From contig CAVNZM010000003.1 in the NCBI GenBank assembly GCA_963693365.1, positions 7,435,312 through 7,499,311 of the forward strand: a stretch of DNA of 64,000 bases, read 5' to 3'. Each line of letters opens with the position of its first letter. The first letter of the stretch is position 1. The DNA is from Amoebidium appalachense (taxonomy: Eukaryota; Protista; Ichthyosporea). The notes under the pieces were generated by a model. The model had not been told where the DNA came from. It did no database searches and saw only the letters and a program-made list of their open reading frames with translations. A program made the translations under genes and the position numbers. This document shows, piece after piece, positions 1-20,509 of this stretch.

Positions 1-66
1 CCAATACGAACAAACATAAGTTGAAGGACACAAGTGGACAAGCTCCACGCCATACACGGAACCCAG

Positions 67-97
<31 letters not shown>

Positions 98-246
98 ACG
101 AACACAAAGTCACAAAGTCAAATTTACACTTTCCAAGAAAATCATTTTATTTTCTACAAGTGTTGCACACTGGCCCCCAAGTTAATATAACGAGCCAGGG
201 CTGGGAGTGTGGGAATGGGGGGCGGCGGCAGCGGCGGCGGCGGCGG

Positions 247-290
<44 letters not shown>

Positions 291-486
291 AGATAGGTGT
301 GTGAGTGGTTGGGTGGGGAGGGGGTGGGGAGGGGATGATGATCAAAAGCTACCTAGACCTCACCCAGTTTGATAGTGCCCAAATTGGGCGCCTGTGAGAG
401 AAAAAGCGGTGGGGGATGACGAGGGGTAGGGGTGGGAGCTCGAGGGGATGAGAGTTTGAGGGAAGGGGGGAGGGGGGGGGGGAGGG

Positions 487-521
<35 letters not shown>

Positions 522-766
522 CTCTGAGCTTATTATGTGGTTGCATGTAGTGCCTAAGCTGTCAAAAGCCAAGGACAACCATTGTGAACTTGTCTGGCAA
601 CGATTGTGGGCCCAGATTACATTTTGACCTGTGTGCGGGTACATTTGCCACGTCGTGCCACATTGCGCATGTACATTTCTTTCGCCTTATTCTCTCTCTC
701 TCTGTGTGTAGGTGAGTTGCGAATAGTGCACGTGGCGCTTCGTACATGCATGAACGCCTGCCACCT

Positions 767-1480
<714 letters not shown>

Positions 1481-1850
1481 GTGTAGGACTCACGGTGTAG
1501 TTGGAGTTCAGAAAATCACCGAGCCAGTCTACACATCATGATTCCTCCACTTCCATGACTCGATATATACATTACATCGTTTAACGGTGTCTTGCAATGC
1601 AGGCATGGATTCATATGTAAGGCAGAGTTTCAGGGCCTGAGTGATGGCCTTTCCACTTCATCGACAAAACTCCCGGACCCAGTTGCAAGCAAAATTCCCA
1701 GTTTAAAAGCAAACAATGGATCAAACCAGGGGATGTTTTTTTTGCTACTTGGTAAGTTGTGCCATATTTGGCAATGCCGAATGTGCAACAATATTGCACC
1801 GTGCCATTCTTACTAAGAAGATCAAATGTCTCAAACATGGCTGCATTTCT

Positions 1851-2038
<188 letters not shown>

Positions 2039-2250
2039 TGGATGGTGGTGTGGAAGTTCGCGATCGTGCGTGCGTGCGATTCTGTGCATGAGCGTTTTTG
2101 TGTGCGCGTATGCTCGCGTGTGTGTGCGCGTGTGTGCACATGTGCGTGTTTTGCGTGTTCGTGTGCGTGCGTGTGTGTGCACGCACATGTGTGTGTATTT
2201 GTGCGTGTGAGTCAATGTGTGTGTGTGTGTGTGTTGTGTTTGTGCGTGTT

Positions 2251-2337
<87 letters not shown>

Positions 2338-2342
2338 ATGTG

Positions 2343-2459
<117 letters not shown>

Positions 2460-2787
2460 ACGTTACTGGTAACGTGTTCCTTTTGTATGCATGTACATGC
2501 GTGTGTAAATGTATGTGCATGTGGAGCCTATTAGCTCGGAAATTTAAACAGGGACGGCCGCAGTGCGCGTGTGGGTGTGCGTGCTGATGCCTGTACAATT
2601 CATATCCATGTATGCATGCCGAGCGTTGGGTGCTACGATGTCAACGATGACTTGGTTTTTTGTCGTGAATTTGCCTTGCACGATAACATCGGACGTACAT
2701 GTACAGTGACACCGACTTCGGCTCAGTTCGAATGCAACCGCAACCTTCAACTGTTATATATGCCAACCGAACTTGTTGCGGCAATCA

Positions 2788-2832
2788 GATTGGCCAACGA
2801 AAGATAAACCCGATTGGTGATTGGCTATCAAT
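2788..2832. promoter_or_regulatory. Cluster of ATTGG (CCAAT-box, NF-Y-like) motifs upstream of the arrestin gene
   Basis: gattggcc and gattggtgattggct in an AT-rich, repeat-free stretch; the same motif recurs at other gene starts in the window. Confidence 0.4.
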
Positions 2833-3852
2833 GCAATCTTAAACATACCAATTATTTCAAACCTTTTGTTCTTTAAAACTTTATGCTGCAGTAAATTTTA
2901 CAAAGCCTCATGCAAGCCACATTTTATAACGTAATGTCATGCATTTATAAAAGCCAGATCTAAACAAGTATCTTTGGAATGCTCAAGCTCAGATCTGCTC
3001 TCGTCATCAGTCAATGAACGGCACAAGCACAGCTGCAGACTCAAACAGACAGATCGATATCGTGTTCATGTCAAGGTCAGAGAGTAACCTACCACAAGGT
3101 GTTAGAAAACAGTCGGTGGACTTTTGGGACTTTCTGTTTGGCGTGGTTTAGTGGCTAGGTTGTTGTAAAGCCCCTTCCTCAAGGGCTAGGGCTAAAAGAG
3201 AAGGGAAAGGAACTTTGGAGGTGTGGGGGATGGAGGAGGAGAGAGATCCCCCCCCTGCAGATGGGGATGAGGATTCTGCCTTTGATGATTTTTTTTTCCG
3301 GAGCGGGGACTTTTGAGGTGTCGTTTCTAAGGAACAAGACCTATTTCGACAACGAAGATGGTGAGTGCAGTTGCGTGTGTTCGTGTGCGTTGTGTGTGCG
3401 CGAGTGAGAGTTACAGGCGGGTGTTCGGTTTTTTCCCACCCCGCTCGTGTGTGTGTGCGTGGGTGCGTGCGTGCAGACACGCGAGCGATCATTTTTTCGA
3501 CTTCGACAAGCCGGTGATGCGCGCATGTTATCCTTGATTTTGCAGGTGGCATCGTGTTGTGTGTACTTGTTTGAAATAATTGGCAACTGATCGTACAAGT
3601 TAAACTTTCTACGCCGTGTTATTGATTTGATTTTGGGTCTTGTTTTGGTCCTGCATCTTATCGATTCGTAAACTTGTTCTGTGTTGTATGCTTGTGTTTG
3701 TCAACCTTTTGGTCCTGTTGTTCGCTACAGAGGCAGATTTGGATGCAAGTTGATATAATTCAACTCTGGGCCGTGTCTTTTTTTGTCATGGCCGTGTACT
3801 TCTTTTTGGATGTCGCATTCAACCCACATTTCTGGCTTCTTTTTGACGGAGC

Positions 3853-8627
<4,775 letters not shown>

Positions 8628-9459
8628 TGGTGGGTGAGGTATTGGTGTATGCTATGTTTGTAGGGCTTGAATGTTCGGTTGGGTGCCACTGTTCACGCCG
8701 TGATAGTTTTGTAGGGTTGCAATCGAGTATTTGATTAATTCACGTGATATTACACATGACATCGGAACTTGCGGATTGACATTTAGGTAAGTATACCCAT
8801 GTGTAGGCACAGGCAGATAAACCGCAGGCACACACACACACAGCAGGCACACACACGTATGAAGGCAATCTAGGCACATGCAAGTACAGGGACACGCAGG
8901 CACACACACGCCACGGGCAAGAACACAGAATCTGATATACCACACATACATGCACAAGCGCAAAAGTGCAACGCGTAGAGCACCCAAGGCTGCATAGTGT
9001 GCGCTTGCAACAGCATTCAACAAATATAAAGTAACAAGACCTGTCTCCACACAGAAGAAAATGCTCGAAAGATTCTGGGTTTCAAATCTCATGTTGAATT
9101 TCGAAAACCAGGTTATTTTCTTTTCTCTCTTTTCCATTAATTATTTGTTAGCCAAGCCAATCATTTTGAATCATATCATGCACCACCATCTAGATAGCGA
9201 TGCATTTCTTTAATTGTCCGTGCATGTATTCCTCTGAAATATTCAGCATTCTTGCTTCCGTATATGGACCGACCACACTTCCAAATGTATGTACAGTATA
9301 GCCTGTGTTGTGTGTATCCTAAGCGGGCGACTTGCCCTTCAAGCAATGCATATAAACAAGAATGGATAGCAATTACTTTGTCATGCATGCAACCATGGTT
9401 AGCGCAATCACTAGACTAGTAGCGCTGCAGCTGCCGCAGTGCGCCGTGGGCTGCGCAGC

Positions 9460-9493
<34 letters not shown>

Positions 9494-9871
9494 CCCCACA
9501 TGTACACCAATCCCCCCATGTGCATGCATAGCCAAGATTTCGTGGGAAGCTTCGGGAAAGGGATAGAGCACTCCAACACTTGCGCTTGCGCACACACATG
9601 TATCCCGGAAAGACAGGCAACAGATGGTCATGGAGCGCACACCGCAAATGCACAACTATAGGCTACTATAGTTGTGCACTATTGGTACATAGCCTAAGCT
9701 ATGAACCAATCACATGCACACTGTCAGTGCACACACTGCGCATACACAGTCATTGCACGTGCACAAGACACGTGCAGGGCTGACAGCAGTGCGCATATGT
9801 GCAGACACGTGGACACACACATGTATATGTACACTTGTGGGCACACACACACGATTAATCCTACTTTCTAG

Positions 9872-9906
<35 letters not shown>

Positions 9907-10857
9907 GCCACAATTTCCATATATGGCTATATACCTACTTTTTCAGTCAACGCCAGAATCGAATGATACATGCATGGGCACAAATGTACGTACACAGGTT
10001 GGGGTTTTCTTTTAGACTTTCAAACGGGTCGGGTCAGAGGGGTTTCTAGCTATATGATTGGCTTGCTGCGCACCATCGTTTTGCCCGCAGCAAGGTACAG
10101 ATGCGCCATAATACAACAATAAAGAAAAAGAAAAGAGAATCAAAAAAAATAAAGAAGGAAAGAATAAAAATAAAGCGTTAGGAAGTAGATTGCAGTTCGT
10201 ATCATGATTTATATGCTGAGTAAATGGCTTGACCCGAATGTGCTGAAAAGGGAACAATAAATCGGCCTAAAAGAAACCCCCTAGACTCAGAGGGTTGCGA
10301 GGCCACACACTGTTGAACGGGCACACACACACACACACCAGGAGGCGTAATTCTTCATAAGCAGCCACCATCGGGCTGTGTATTGGCTGTATGTACATAT
10401 TCGTGCATGCACCCACCCAGTGGGCACAGAGGGTTCCTTCGTATTCCAGCACACCGCTAACTGCTCAATACATACTGCAGAGGGGCGGCTGTGTACGTGT
10501 GTGGGTGTGTGCATGAAATCATAAAAACTACGTCTAAAAAACAGCCAAATCTTGTCATGCAGATGTGCGTGTTGGGGGATTATCATATATGGCCCAACAA
10601 ACACATGCTAAGCCTTCACTTCTAGCATTTATGTATACTGATCATTATGTTGTGTGCGCCTGCGGTGTGTGTGTCTGTTCATGTATTGACTGCTAGTATG
10701 TGTGCTGTAGAAGTGTGTGCGGGTAGGCAAATGGGTTGTGAGTGTTCACTGAAACCAGTTCTACAGCACAAGACACCAGGCATCCGTGCATCCTTTTTCC
10801 CTACACACACCCACACACACCGTGCACGTGCTAATCACGTGGCACTTAGCACGCAAT

Positions 10858-12919
10858 CTAGCGGTGGCGCTGGTCGTGGTGTGCCTGCTGGTCCCTGACG
10901 TTGTGCAGTGACTTTTTGATCTCGTTGACACTGTTGACCCACACGGCAAGACGCTCCTGAAGATTCTTCCATTGTGGCGGCTGGAACGTGCGTGCCATAG
11001 CCCGTCTGCGGGTGCATGTGTGAATAAGTAGGTTGGACATTAGGGGGATTAGACGGGGAAAAGGTTTGTCTGCATGTGATTATGGATTCGTTTGCCTGTG
11101 TATTAGTTGGGTGTGCGAGTGTGCTTGAATGGCATGGGAAAGGCGGGAAGCGGTGTTGAAGCGGGAAAAGGCCTGGGCGGTGCTTGAAAGGTTGCACACG
11201 TGTACATGGATGGTTTCATCGCGGCCAATTTATTGGCTTCCATTTCGGTTTCTTTAGGCACCCAGACAGGGGGTATGCAATATGCTAAGCGTTAATGTGC
11301 ATGAATCCCGGCCCCCCCCCCCCCCCCCCAAAAAAAAAAAAACCACTCCTCACTCATCCTCTCAACCCCCTCCCCCCTCCCCCCCCCCCTACCCAACCTT
11401 CCCCCCTCCCCTCGCACCAAACCCCACCCACCCACCCACCCAACATGCATTCCCCCCTCTCCCCCAAAACCACTCACTCAACCTCCCCCCCAGACACACA
11501 CACCCACACACACACACACACCCACATACACACACACACACACACACAGACACCCACACCCACACACCCAACCCCGTCCCCCTCGTTGCACCAAATCCCA
11601 AAACACCCCCCCCTCCACCCACGCCCACGCACCTGACAATGACCCTGTCACCAGCCTGGTCCATCCGTGCCTCAATCAGGCCAGCCCTGATGGCATCGAT
11701 GATCCACAGCTCGGCCTCATCCTCGGCTATCTCAAGGTGCTCAACCACACTGCTGTACGCTACCTGCGTCTGTTTAATGCTGTTAGTGCCTTATCAGTTA
11801 GCACATTTGGCACAGCAGCGCATATGCACACACACACGTACACACACACACACAGTCCTAACCAAGCCGTGTCATCAAAGCACACATCAAGCCCGAGGCA
11901 ACTGAAGTATAACAGCTCTTCCCCCCCCGGCATCACTCTACATACAGCCCCTTCGATCCTCGTATTCAACATTATCTCCCTCCCCCCTTCCCCTCCCCCC
12001 CCCCCCCCCACAATAAACAAAAACATGCACACACTACATCTATGCTTTACCCCCCCCCCCCCCCCCCCCCCCCCCCTCACCACACATGTGTCCAGCACGA
12101 CCCCCACTGCCGGACATATTCTTCGTGATTGGCAGGTAAAGGCTTGCCCATGCAACGGGGCCAAAGGTGAACCGTGCAGACATGAGGGAAACGGCTATGC
12201 ACGTGTGCTTGCCCACAGTGTGCCGTATGTGTGCACTATCTCGCGCATGTTGCTGTGACTGTGTGTGTGCATGCACGTGCCACAAGCATACATGCATGTG
12301 ACTGTGTGTGTGCACACACGTATCTCATGCATGCATGCACGTGCTTCATGTACGTATACACGTACTGTGCCAGATGCCAGGGAGGTGAGGGTGAGCAGCC
12401 GCATCTTCCTCAAGCACTCCTCCTGGTTGAGCCCTGTGTAGCAACATGTCAAACTACACACGTAAGAACATCTTGTGAACCCCCCTCCCCCCCCCTTTGC
12501 GCTCACCGGGACATGTTGATACTTCAATACGCACCACTACACACTACAAGGCGGGAGAGGGGGCAGAAACGACCTTGGCCCGAAAGGAAGTAGAGCCGGT
12601 GATGTGTTTGTAAATGTGCGATCAAACGAAAGTGAAGAAGAAGGGGAGGATGGTTTACAATGTGTTATAACGTGCAAAGTACACAGCCGTAACGGACAAC
12701 TCAATGCTGAATGCAAAGCACACAAAGGGCATACATCATGAGCAAAGCCCAGCCTTAGAAGGGGCCCGAAATCATCATATTTCCTAAGGGGAGGAAGGGG
12801 GGGACCCCGGGGAGGGGGGGGGGGGGGGGGGGAGGAGAGAGAGACATAGAAAGAGAGAGAGAGGGAGGAGGGCACTCAGTCCCGTGCGGATGCAGCACTT
12901 GGTAGATTGCATGTGAACA

Positions 12920-12954
<35 letters not shown>

Positions 12955-13856
12955 TGAAAGGGTGCCTGAATGTAGATGTGAAAGTGTGTGTGTATGCGTG
13001 TGCATGTGCGTATGCGTGCGCATGTGTGTGTGTGTGTGTGTGTACGTGTGTGCATCTGCATGGGCGCTTGTGCAACGTGTGCATGTACCCGTGGGTGTGT
13101 ACGTGCCTGCATGCGTGTACGTGCCTGCATGCGTGTGTGTGCCTGCGCACGTACCGAGGGTGTGCACGTAGTCTGTGTTCTCTGCCACAAATGTGTTCCA
13201 TGCCTTGACATCCCCCTCGATGAAGATCAGCAGCAGCGCATAGATCTTCTCCCCTGCAAGAAGCAAGACAGATGATAGTGTTAGACACACAGCATCTAAA
13301 ACACATCTGTGCCCAGGCCACACAGGTGGCTGAATCCGCCCCATGTCCTCAACAGGCCAGCGCAGGGGCTTTCACTACCTCATTGCTTTGTCCTCACCGT
13401 CTGACTGCCCAATCAGGCCAGCCTGCATGGCCATTCAAAACTGACCCCCCTTCCCTCCCCAGGGAAAAGCCAGACACCTCTTCGATTTCCATCCCCCCCC
13501 TCCCCCCTCCCCCCCCCCCGGATTCCCTTCTACCCCCTTCCCGCAGAGGGAACACACACACACACACACACACCCACACAGTCCCCATTCACGTACACAT
13601 CCACCCCAACCAACACACTCGCACCCAACACACACCTACACAAAAACATGCACACCCCGAGCCACACATCCCCCCCCCCCCCCCCCCCCCCCCCCCCCAC
13701 ACACACACTCAAAAGAAAAAAAAAGAAATTAAATACGTTGAATTGTTTTATATTTACCCTTGAGCTGTGCCACGGCCTTGATGTCCAGCAGATCGTCCAG
13801 CTGGTACAGGTCACTGATCCCCACACTGTCCACAATCACCTGCGTGGCATCAACCT

Positions 13857-13895
<39 letters not shown>

Positions 13896-14154
13896 TGTTT
13901 GTGGACAATGTTAGAGACATGTCAATCTCCGTTTTACCCACGTGCTCTTTGTCCCCGCTTGTATAGTCCCCATCCACACATGCACCGAGGCACACGATTG
14001 CATCCATCCTCAAGGGTTCAAGGCAACCCCAAATTGCAGACACCCACACATACACCCTCACCCACGACCCACCGACCCACGCACCCCCACCCTTGCCCAT
14101 ACACACAACACCCCCACGCACCGGCTCAACCCCCCCCCCCCCCCCTCCCAGCAT

Positions 14155-14194
<40 letters not shown>

Positions 14195-14679
14195 CCACCC
14201 CCACGCACCTTGACGGATGCCAGTGCGTCTGGCTCTGCCTTGTCAAAGGACTGCAGATACGTCACAAGGTACTTGCGTGCAAGCTCACTGCACCACGCAT
14301 TGCGTCAGACACGTGGTATAGCAAAAGATACGTGTGCAGGCATGTGTGTGGTGTGGATGGGATATTCCTACACGTTCACGGTTTAGATAACATGTGAACG
14401 AATGAATCAGTGTGTGTGTGTGTTTGTGTGTCTGCATTTGTGTGAGTGTGTGTGTGCGTGCGTTTCGGCATGTGTGTTTGTGTGCGCGCGTGCACCGCAC
14501 GTGTGTGTGTTAACCCTTTGTGTGTTCCACCTCTAGCCACACTCCTTACCCAACTATCCATCTTGTGCAGTTACCACAATTGACACCGCTACTCTCATTG
14601 CATCTGGTGAACCATCGCCTCACAAGCCCATGAAATCATACATCTCCTTTCTAAGCCATCCCTCCCTCCCCCCCCCTGC

Positions 14680-14723
<44 letters not shown>

Positions 14724-15120
14724 GCCACCACCACAAAAGACCCAACGCCGACACACACTAAAACCACTCTACCGACCCCCCCCCCCAACCTCCCCATTGT
14801 CCTCCAAATCATCTACATACCCTCTTACCCCCTCCCCCTCCCCCCCCAAAAAAAAGAGATGATACACACCTCCTCCCGCTGGCCTTTGCGGCCTCGTATA
14901 TTGCGTGGTAGAGGTCTCTCTTCTGCGCCTCATCCAGGCCCCATTCGGCAACAAGACTGTCCAGCTGCAACCATACCAATCAACATGCACACATCCACAG
15001 TTCTCATACCCCTCAACATGCCCTCGCTGAAAATAACCATTGCATATTATTGCAGCAGTCACCCCCCCACACACACCTCATCCCCAGCACCACACATTGC
15101 CGCCTTACTTGCCCTTCCCA

Positions 15121-15152
<32 letters not shown>

Positions 15153-15823
15153 GCCACACACACCTCCTTTCCTCCTTGCTCCCTTGCCCTGGCTCTAAAA
15201 AGAAAAGTGATTTGACCTGCGCCACCCTCCTGCAACCCTAACCCCATCCTACTCAATTGTTCCACCCCCCCCCCCCCCCCCCACAAAAAAAAAAAAAGAA
15301 CACACACCCCTATCCCTAGCCCACCGTTTCGCCACTTCATCACATCCACCAAAACCCCCTCCGACCCACCCACACAAACACGTACACACTTGCTGCCTCC
15401 GTCTTGCATCCCCTCCCCATTTTAAACACCCTTCAGTTTTAAGCACACGATGTCATTGGTCCTACCTGCTGTAGCTGTGGGGCCAGCGCGTCGACCTTCT
15501 TGGCCTGGCCGGCCACCTTGACCACCTGCCGGTAGATGCCCGGCCTGTCCGTGTGCCCGGCCTCCAGGTTGTTGTACAGTGTGGTCAGCCTGCAGACACG
15601 TGTCAGGGACATGCACGTGCACATAATAGAGTGGCCGACAAAGAGCTGCAACAAACCATTGGTGTTTCCTATCTCAGCAGCCTCACTTCTCCCTCCTCCT
15701 TACTCCCCATCATACCAGCCCCCAACACACGTTCACCACCACCACACACACACACGGACAGCAACAAAAAGACGCCCCGCTGACGCAATCACACCCACAC
15801 CCACCCACCCACCCACCCACCCC

Positions 15824-15858
<35 letters not shown>

Positions 15859-17205
15859 CACACCCACCCAACACACACGGGCACCCTACCCACCCACATG
15901 CTCATGCACACACAAACACAGACAGGCATAACAAACACACACACAAGTACACAAATACACCCACCCACCCACACACACAGGTACACAGACACACGCAACA
16001 TGCACACACACAGGCACGTACACTTTCAGGCGTGCGGTGGACTTGTCGCTTGCACTGCTGACCACCCCCACCAGCTTGGTCACCAGCCCCTCCTCGGCCT
16101 TTGTGAACCGAAGCAGGTAGATGATGCTGTTGAACGGCCCCTCAATCTCTGTGCCAGACAGTCAGCACACACAAACAGTGTGCAAGTCTCCACAATAGCC
16201 CCTTTCATTGCCTCGGTTACCCAGACGATTTCTCTAACTGTATAACGATAACACCCCTCCCTATCAACCATAATGCTAGCTCCCCACCCCCACCCGCCCT
16301 AACCGCCACCCTAGCCACCACTCCCACCATCCCCAGACACACACACAACCCTCCCTCCTCCTCGGCCCCACACACACCCATACCCACCCACACAAACACA
16401 CAAATGCACGTCAGCACAAACATGCACGGGCGCAGGCACACACATGCAAACATACACACAGGCACAGGCACAGGCACAGGCACACATGCACACGGATGTT
16501 TGCACACATAGGCACATGCGCGTGCGCGCGCGCGCACACACACACACACATGCACGCATGTGCGCGCACACACACCGGCCTCAGGGAGAGCAAAGATGGC
16601 CTGGCTGGCGTCTATGAGCTTGCCCAGGGCATTGTTGAGGTTGCTCTCAGCAACAGCGGCCTCGACCTCCTTGGCAAGACCGCCCTTGCCTGTCAGCTCG
16701 TCCAGGTACTTGGCGAGCTCGGCAGCCTGCAGGAGTGAAGGCCTCAGAAACACAACACAAAAAAGATCGAAAGAGTTGTCTTGTGCTGCAGATGTGGCTT
16801 GAGGGACATGGAAATCGCTCAAAACGAATAAGAAGTGTTTTCAGACAACCTCAAACGTTATCTTTGATCGCGCGTGTCCAGCAATGTAGTGATGTGAAAA
16901 AGAACTGCACTCTGGCACTAGGCTGGTAAGATCTTTTTCAGTGTGTTAAGTGTTCTGCTTAACCTCCTGAAAGAGGTGTGTGCCGGTCGGACTTCATCTC
17001 GTTTGCCGTTTACAATCGTATACGCCCCCAGCTGCCACAGACTCATGAATAATAATACAGTCTACTCTGCCGAAGTTTCTCAACGTCCATTTTTCCCTCG
17101 GATGTCGTCCAACACACCTGTCGCTACTTCTTTGAACCTAAAACAACGAACCGATCGGCAATTTACCTGCTCTGCCGGCAGCTGGTCACCAAAAAAGTTA
17201 AGCAT
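10858..17205 (-). CDS. EIF3M: Eukaryotic translation initiation factor 3 subunit M (PCI domain); ~11 exons (approx. 17205-17167, 16726-16576, 16148-16023, 15590-15465, 14965-14869, 14289-14209, 13853-13758, 13254-13155, 12433-12366, 11769-11633, 11005-10858)
   Basis: [13 protein letters not shown]|AAELAKYL; LTTLYNNL; [18 protein letters not shown]|[15 protein letters not shown]; [21 protein letters not shown]; [19 protein letters not shown]; [18 protein letters not shown]. All match eIF3m hallmarks; exon edges are approximate. Confidence 0.93.
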
Positions 17206-17652
17206 TTTGAAAAGTGCTGTGTATATAACTCTAAAGCAACCAGCTAATCCACCTTATCTCTCACTACTGTTGTGAGAGCGAGACCAAGAGCTCGAGCGTG
17301 ACTCGTCACCAGGGAAAAATCTCAGTTTTTGGCGCTGGTCTGTGGGTGGCGCATGCGACTCGTACATGTGCTGCCTCTCGTAAGGCTGCCGCTCGCTGAT
17401 TGGTTGCAGTGACGTCACGATCTTCTCTGAATGGCTGTTTTTGCGCAAGTTCGTGATTTCGGCGCGCTTGGTTTGAACTGACTGATTGATTGTCCAAGAC
17501 CGGTTCAAGTGTAATTGTAACATGCACACAGCATAAAAATGTCTGACCTCTAGCCGGCTACAGAAAGTGCTGGCAGCGGGTATGAGAAGCTTGCAGGAAG
17601 CAATATTACCGAGGCATATTCGTGACAGAAAGCGTCTCAGGCAATTTCAATC
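17206..17652. promoter_or_regulatory. Bidirectional promoter between EIF3M and the methyltransferase
   Basis: Head-to-head ATGs ~450 bp apart; gattgg (17398) next to a TGACGTCA CRE-like palindrome (17410-17417); no microsatellites. Confidence 0.6.
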
Positions 17653-18585
17653 ATGCCGCCAGCAAAGAAGCTAAAACTTGAAACTCAAGAAAAGGGAAAG
17701 GGGAAAGCGAGTAAGAAGCAAGTACATCCCCAAAGGGAGCAAAACTCCGATGGCCATGCAGGCTCCAGTGACGACGATTATGTTGATGTTACGTGGCAGC
17801 CCGTATACTGGGACTACAAGCGGCGTTTTGTGGACGACTGCATCATACCTCTAGAGGGGGAGAGGAAGGTGGTGTTGGCACAGGCACCCACACCACCGGG
17901 GAAGGATTACGACAACGTTGACCCCTCAGTAACTGGTTCGACTATATGGGACGGGGGTCTGGCACTAGCACAGTATTTGACAGGGACAAAGGCAATAGAG
18001 AAAGCAACAGGGAAGAAGAAGGTGAAAAGGTGTCTGGAGTTGGGAGCAGGGACGGGCGCGGTAGGACTTTCCGTGGCTGTGTGTGGGAAGACCGAGGAGT
18101 TGGTCCTTACAGACCTAAAGTGTATGGTTCCACATTTGGAAAAGAATGTTGCTTTGAACGAGAAAGGTGTGAGTGAGCAGTGTGACAAGGTGTCGGTGCT
18201 GACTCTTAGGTGGGGGAACGAAGAGGATGCACAAAGGGTTCTTGAGGGTGGGGTAGTGGATGTGCTTGTGGGTTCCGATCTAGTGTACTATAGTGGCAAT
18301 GAGCAGTCACACGTATTATTAGACACAATGAAGAGAGTGTGTGGTACAGAGACGGTGGTGTTTATGGCTTTTAGCTTGCAACATCAACCACAACAGGTAG
18401 AGTATTTTCTGTCGCTTCTGAGAGAAAGCTTTGCCTGTGTCGTAGATGTGACAGGCGAGGTCCCTGTGCGGTGGCGGTTTGATGATATTCGTGTTGTGAG
18501 AGCAGATGGGCTGAAAGGGCTGGCTGAGCCGCCGTCTGTGTTTAGTTTTTCTAACCCACAGGCCGACCCACAACGTTTTGCTTAG
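17653..18585 (+). CDS. METTL21/Methyltransf_16-family SAM-dependent protein methyltransferase, single exon
   Basis: TGSTIWDGGLALAQYL, motif I CLELGAGTGAVGL, VLTDL, LRWG, DVLVGSDLVY; basic NLS-like N-terminus PPAKKLK. Confidence 0.92.
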   Translation: MPPAKKLKLETQEKGKGKASKKQVHPQREQNSDGHAGSSDDDYVDVTWQPVYWDYKRRFVDDCIIPLEGERKVVLAQAPTPPGKDYDNVDPSVTGSTIWDGGLALAQYLTGTKAIEKATGKKKVKRCLELGAGTGAVGLSVAVCGKTEELVLTDLKCMVPHLEKNVALNEKGVSEQCDKVSVLTLRWGNEEDAQRVLEGGVVDVLVGSDLVYYSGNEQSHVLLDTMKRVCGTETVVFMAFSLQHQPQQVEYFLSLLRESFACVVDVTGEVPVRWRFDDIRVVRADGLKGLAEPPSVFSFSNPQADPQRFA

Positions 18586-20165
18586 TGGGCTTGCGCCTGT
18601 GCCCTCGAGGGCATACAATGTCTCACCAATTGCGCGGGTTATTTGTGCCACGCACTTGGCAGAGTCAGATATAGAGCGGGAGTCTACTTTTTTGATAGAC
18701 AGCAAGACAAACGAGCTCAAAAGCGGACAAACCTAATCTTAGGGCCGGTGCGGTTCCCACGCAGAGCATTCCCAATCCCAATACGCAACCACCGTACAAG
18801 TGAAACAGCCACGCCTATAAGAACGTGAGAAGCAAAAGTGAAAAATAGAAGATTAGAAGAGGCCCAAAAGGAGCGAAACGGTAAGCAGCTGATAGTATAT
18901 GTGGGTGCACACACCTGCTCGACAATATTCGTGCACATTTGCGTGGGGGCTTTTCAGACTGGCAAATAGCTGGGCAAACAGAGACATACATTCAGCTTAT
19001 GCAGTTAGGCAACTTCAGTGTAATGTTGGTAGTCAACACACTTTCGACACCCCCTGCCCCGGTTGATGTTACATCCATAGTTTGATTCACCAGCGAACTT
19101 TTGCATAGAACGTGAGCGCAAACACCAACCCCTGCAACAGATACAAGGACATTCATTTCGTTAGGAATTCCTGATTTTGAAACGGGGAGAGAGGGAGTAT
19201 TGACTTTGGCGGGGGGGGAAAGGGGCGGGGGAGCCCCCACTTTGGACACGTGCCCCCCCCCCCCCCCCCGCGGGGGGGGGGGGGGGGGGGGGGGGCACCT
19301 ACAGCTTCGGCTAGCAGGGGGAGGGAGGGGGGAGGGGACCCACCACCCACTTGAGCAGGTGGGCCCTCCCCCCCGGGGGGGGGGACCTACCCACCTCACA
19401 GCTGCAGGCTGCCATAACTACGGTATTAGTTAACCTGATCCTCTACATATTAAGACTATAGTTTCGCAGCGGTTTACATACACTTAGTTACCAAAACGTA
19501 AGCACTGAAGGTTGGTGCTAGGACCGCTTAACTACATGAAACTCATTTGGGCTACACCCTCTGTTCATTGATGCTCGAGGAACCCCTGCCCCCCCTCCCC
19601 TCCCCCCCCTCTCCCCCTCCCTCCCTCCCTCCCTCTCTTTGCGGGCCTGGGCGGGATTGAGTCTCGTCTCCAGTCTCCCCACCACGGGCTCCGCGCGCGC
19701 ACACATGCACAAAATTTTACACGTACCTGCACACACATGCATATATGTGTAGACTTGCGCACACGTGGTGCACAAACCAGCGATGCGCACAAAACATAAA
19801 CATGCAGATGCACTTATCTTGCATCCACACCAAACACACATACAATCCCCGCCACACAGACACAAACGAACATGGCAATACGAGAACGTTTAATAATTCA
19901 TTTTTAAGTAATATTCGACAGTACTAACGAATACAGCCTTTGTGAGTGGAAAAGTCGTTTGCCATCACGCACGCGCAGGCGCGGAGGGGGCCCCGAAGGG
20001 GGGGGGGGGGGGGAGGGGGGGGACCACCCACCTCGCGGAGGTGGGTCCCCCCCAGGAGGGGGTGGGGGTTTGGGGGTAAGAGGGGACCACCAGGGGGGAC
20101 GTCGATATTTACTACTCCCCACCACCATCACCTCGTTACCGTAGATCAAAAATCCCTTCCGAACA

Positions 20166-20476
20166 CTACCACCTACTGAGGCGGTGTCTCCTTTCTTTCT
20201 TTTTTTTTTTTTTTTTTTTTGCCGCCTGAGTTAAACGTCGCACATGCGGCAACACGTCAGTACGTGTTAGTTCCGAACAGTCACTGGGTCACTGTTGCCG
20301 CGTGAGTTGCCGCGGCTTAGTAGTTTTTGCAGTGCGGATTGAATGGAACGGGCGCCTGACGTCACAAGTGTTTGCGCAAACTCGTGTCGTGGCCCGTTTA
20401 TCCTAGTAGGAGGCCTTGGAGAGTGTTCGCCTTGTAATACGGGGCTACCACCTACTGAGGCGGTGTCTCCTTTTTC

Positions 20477-20509
<33 letters not shown>

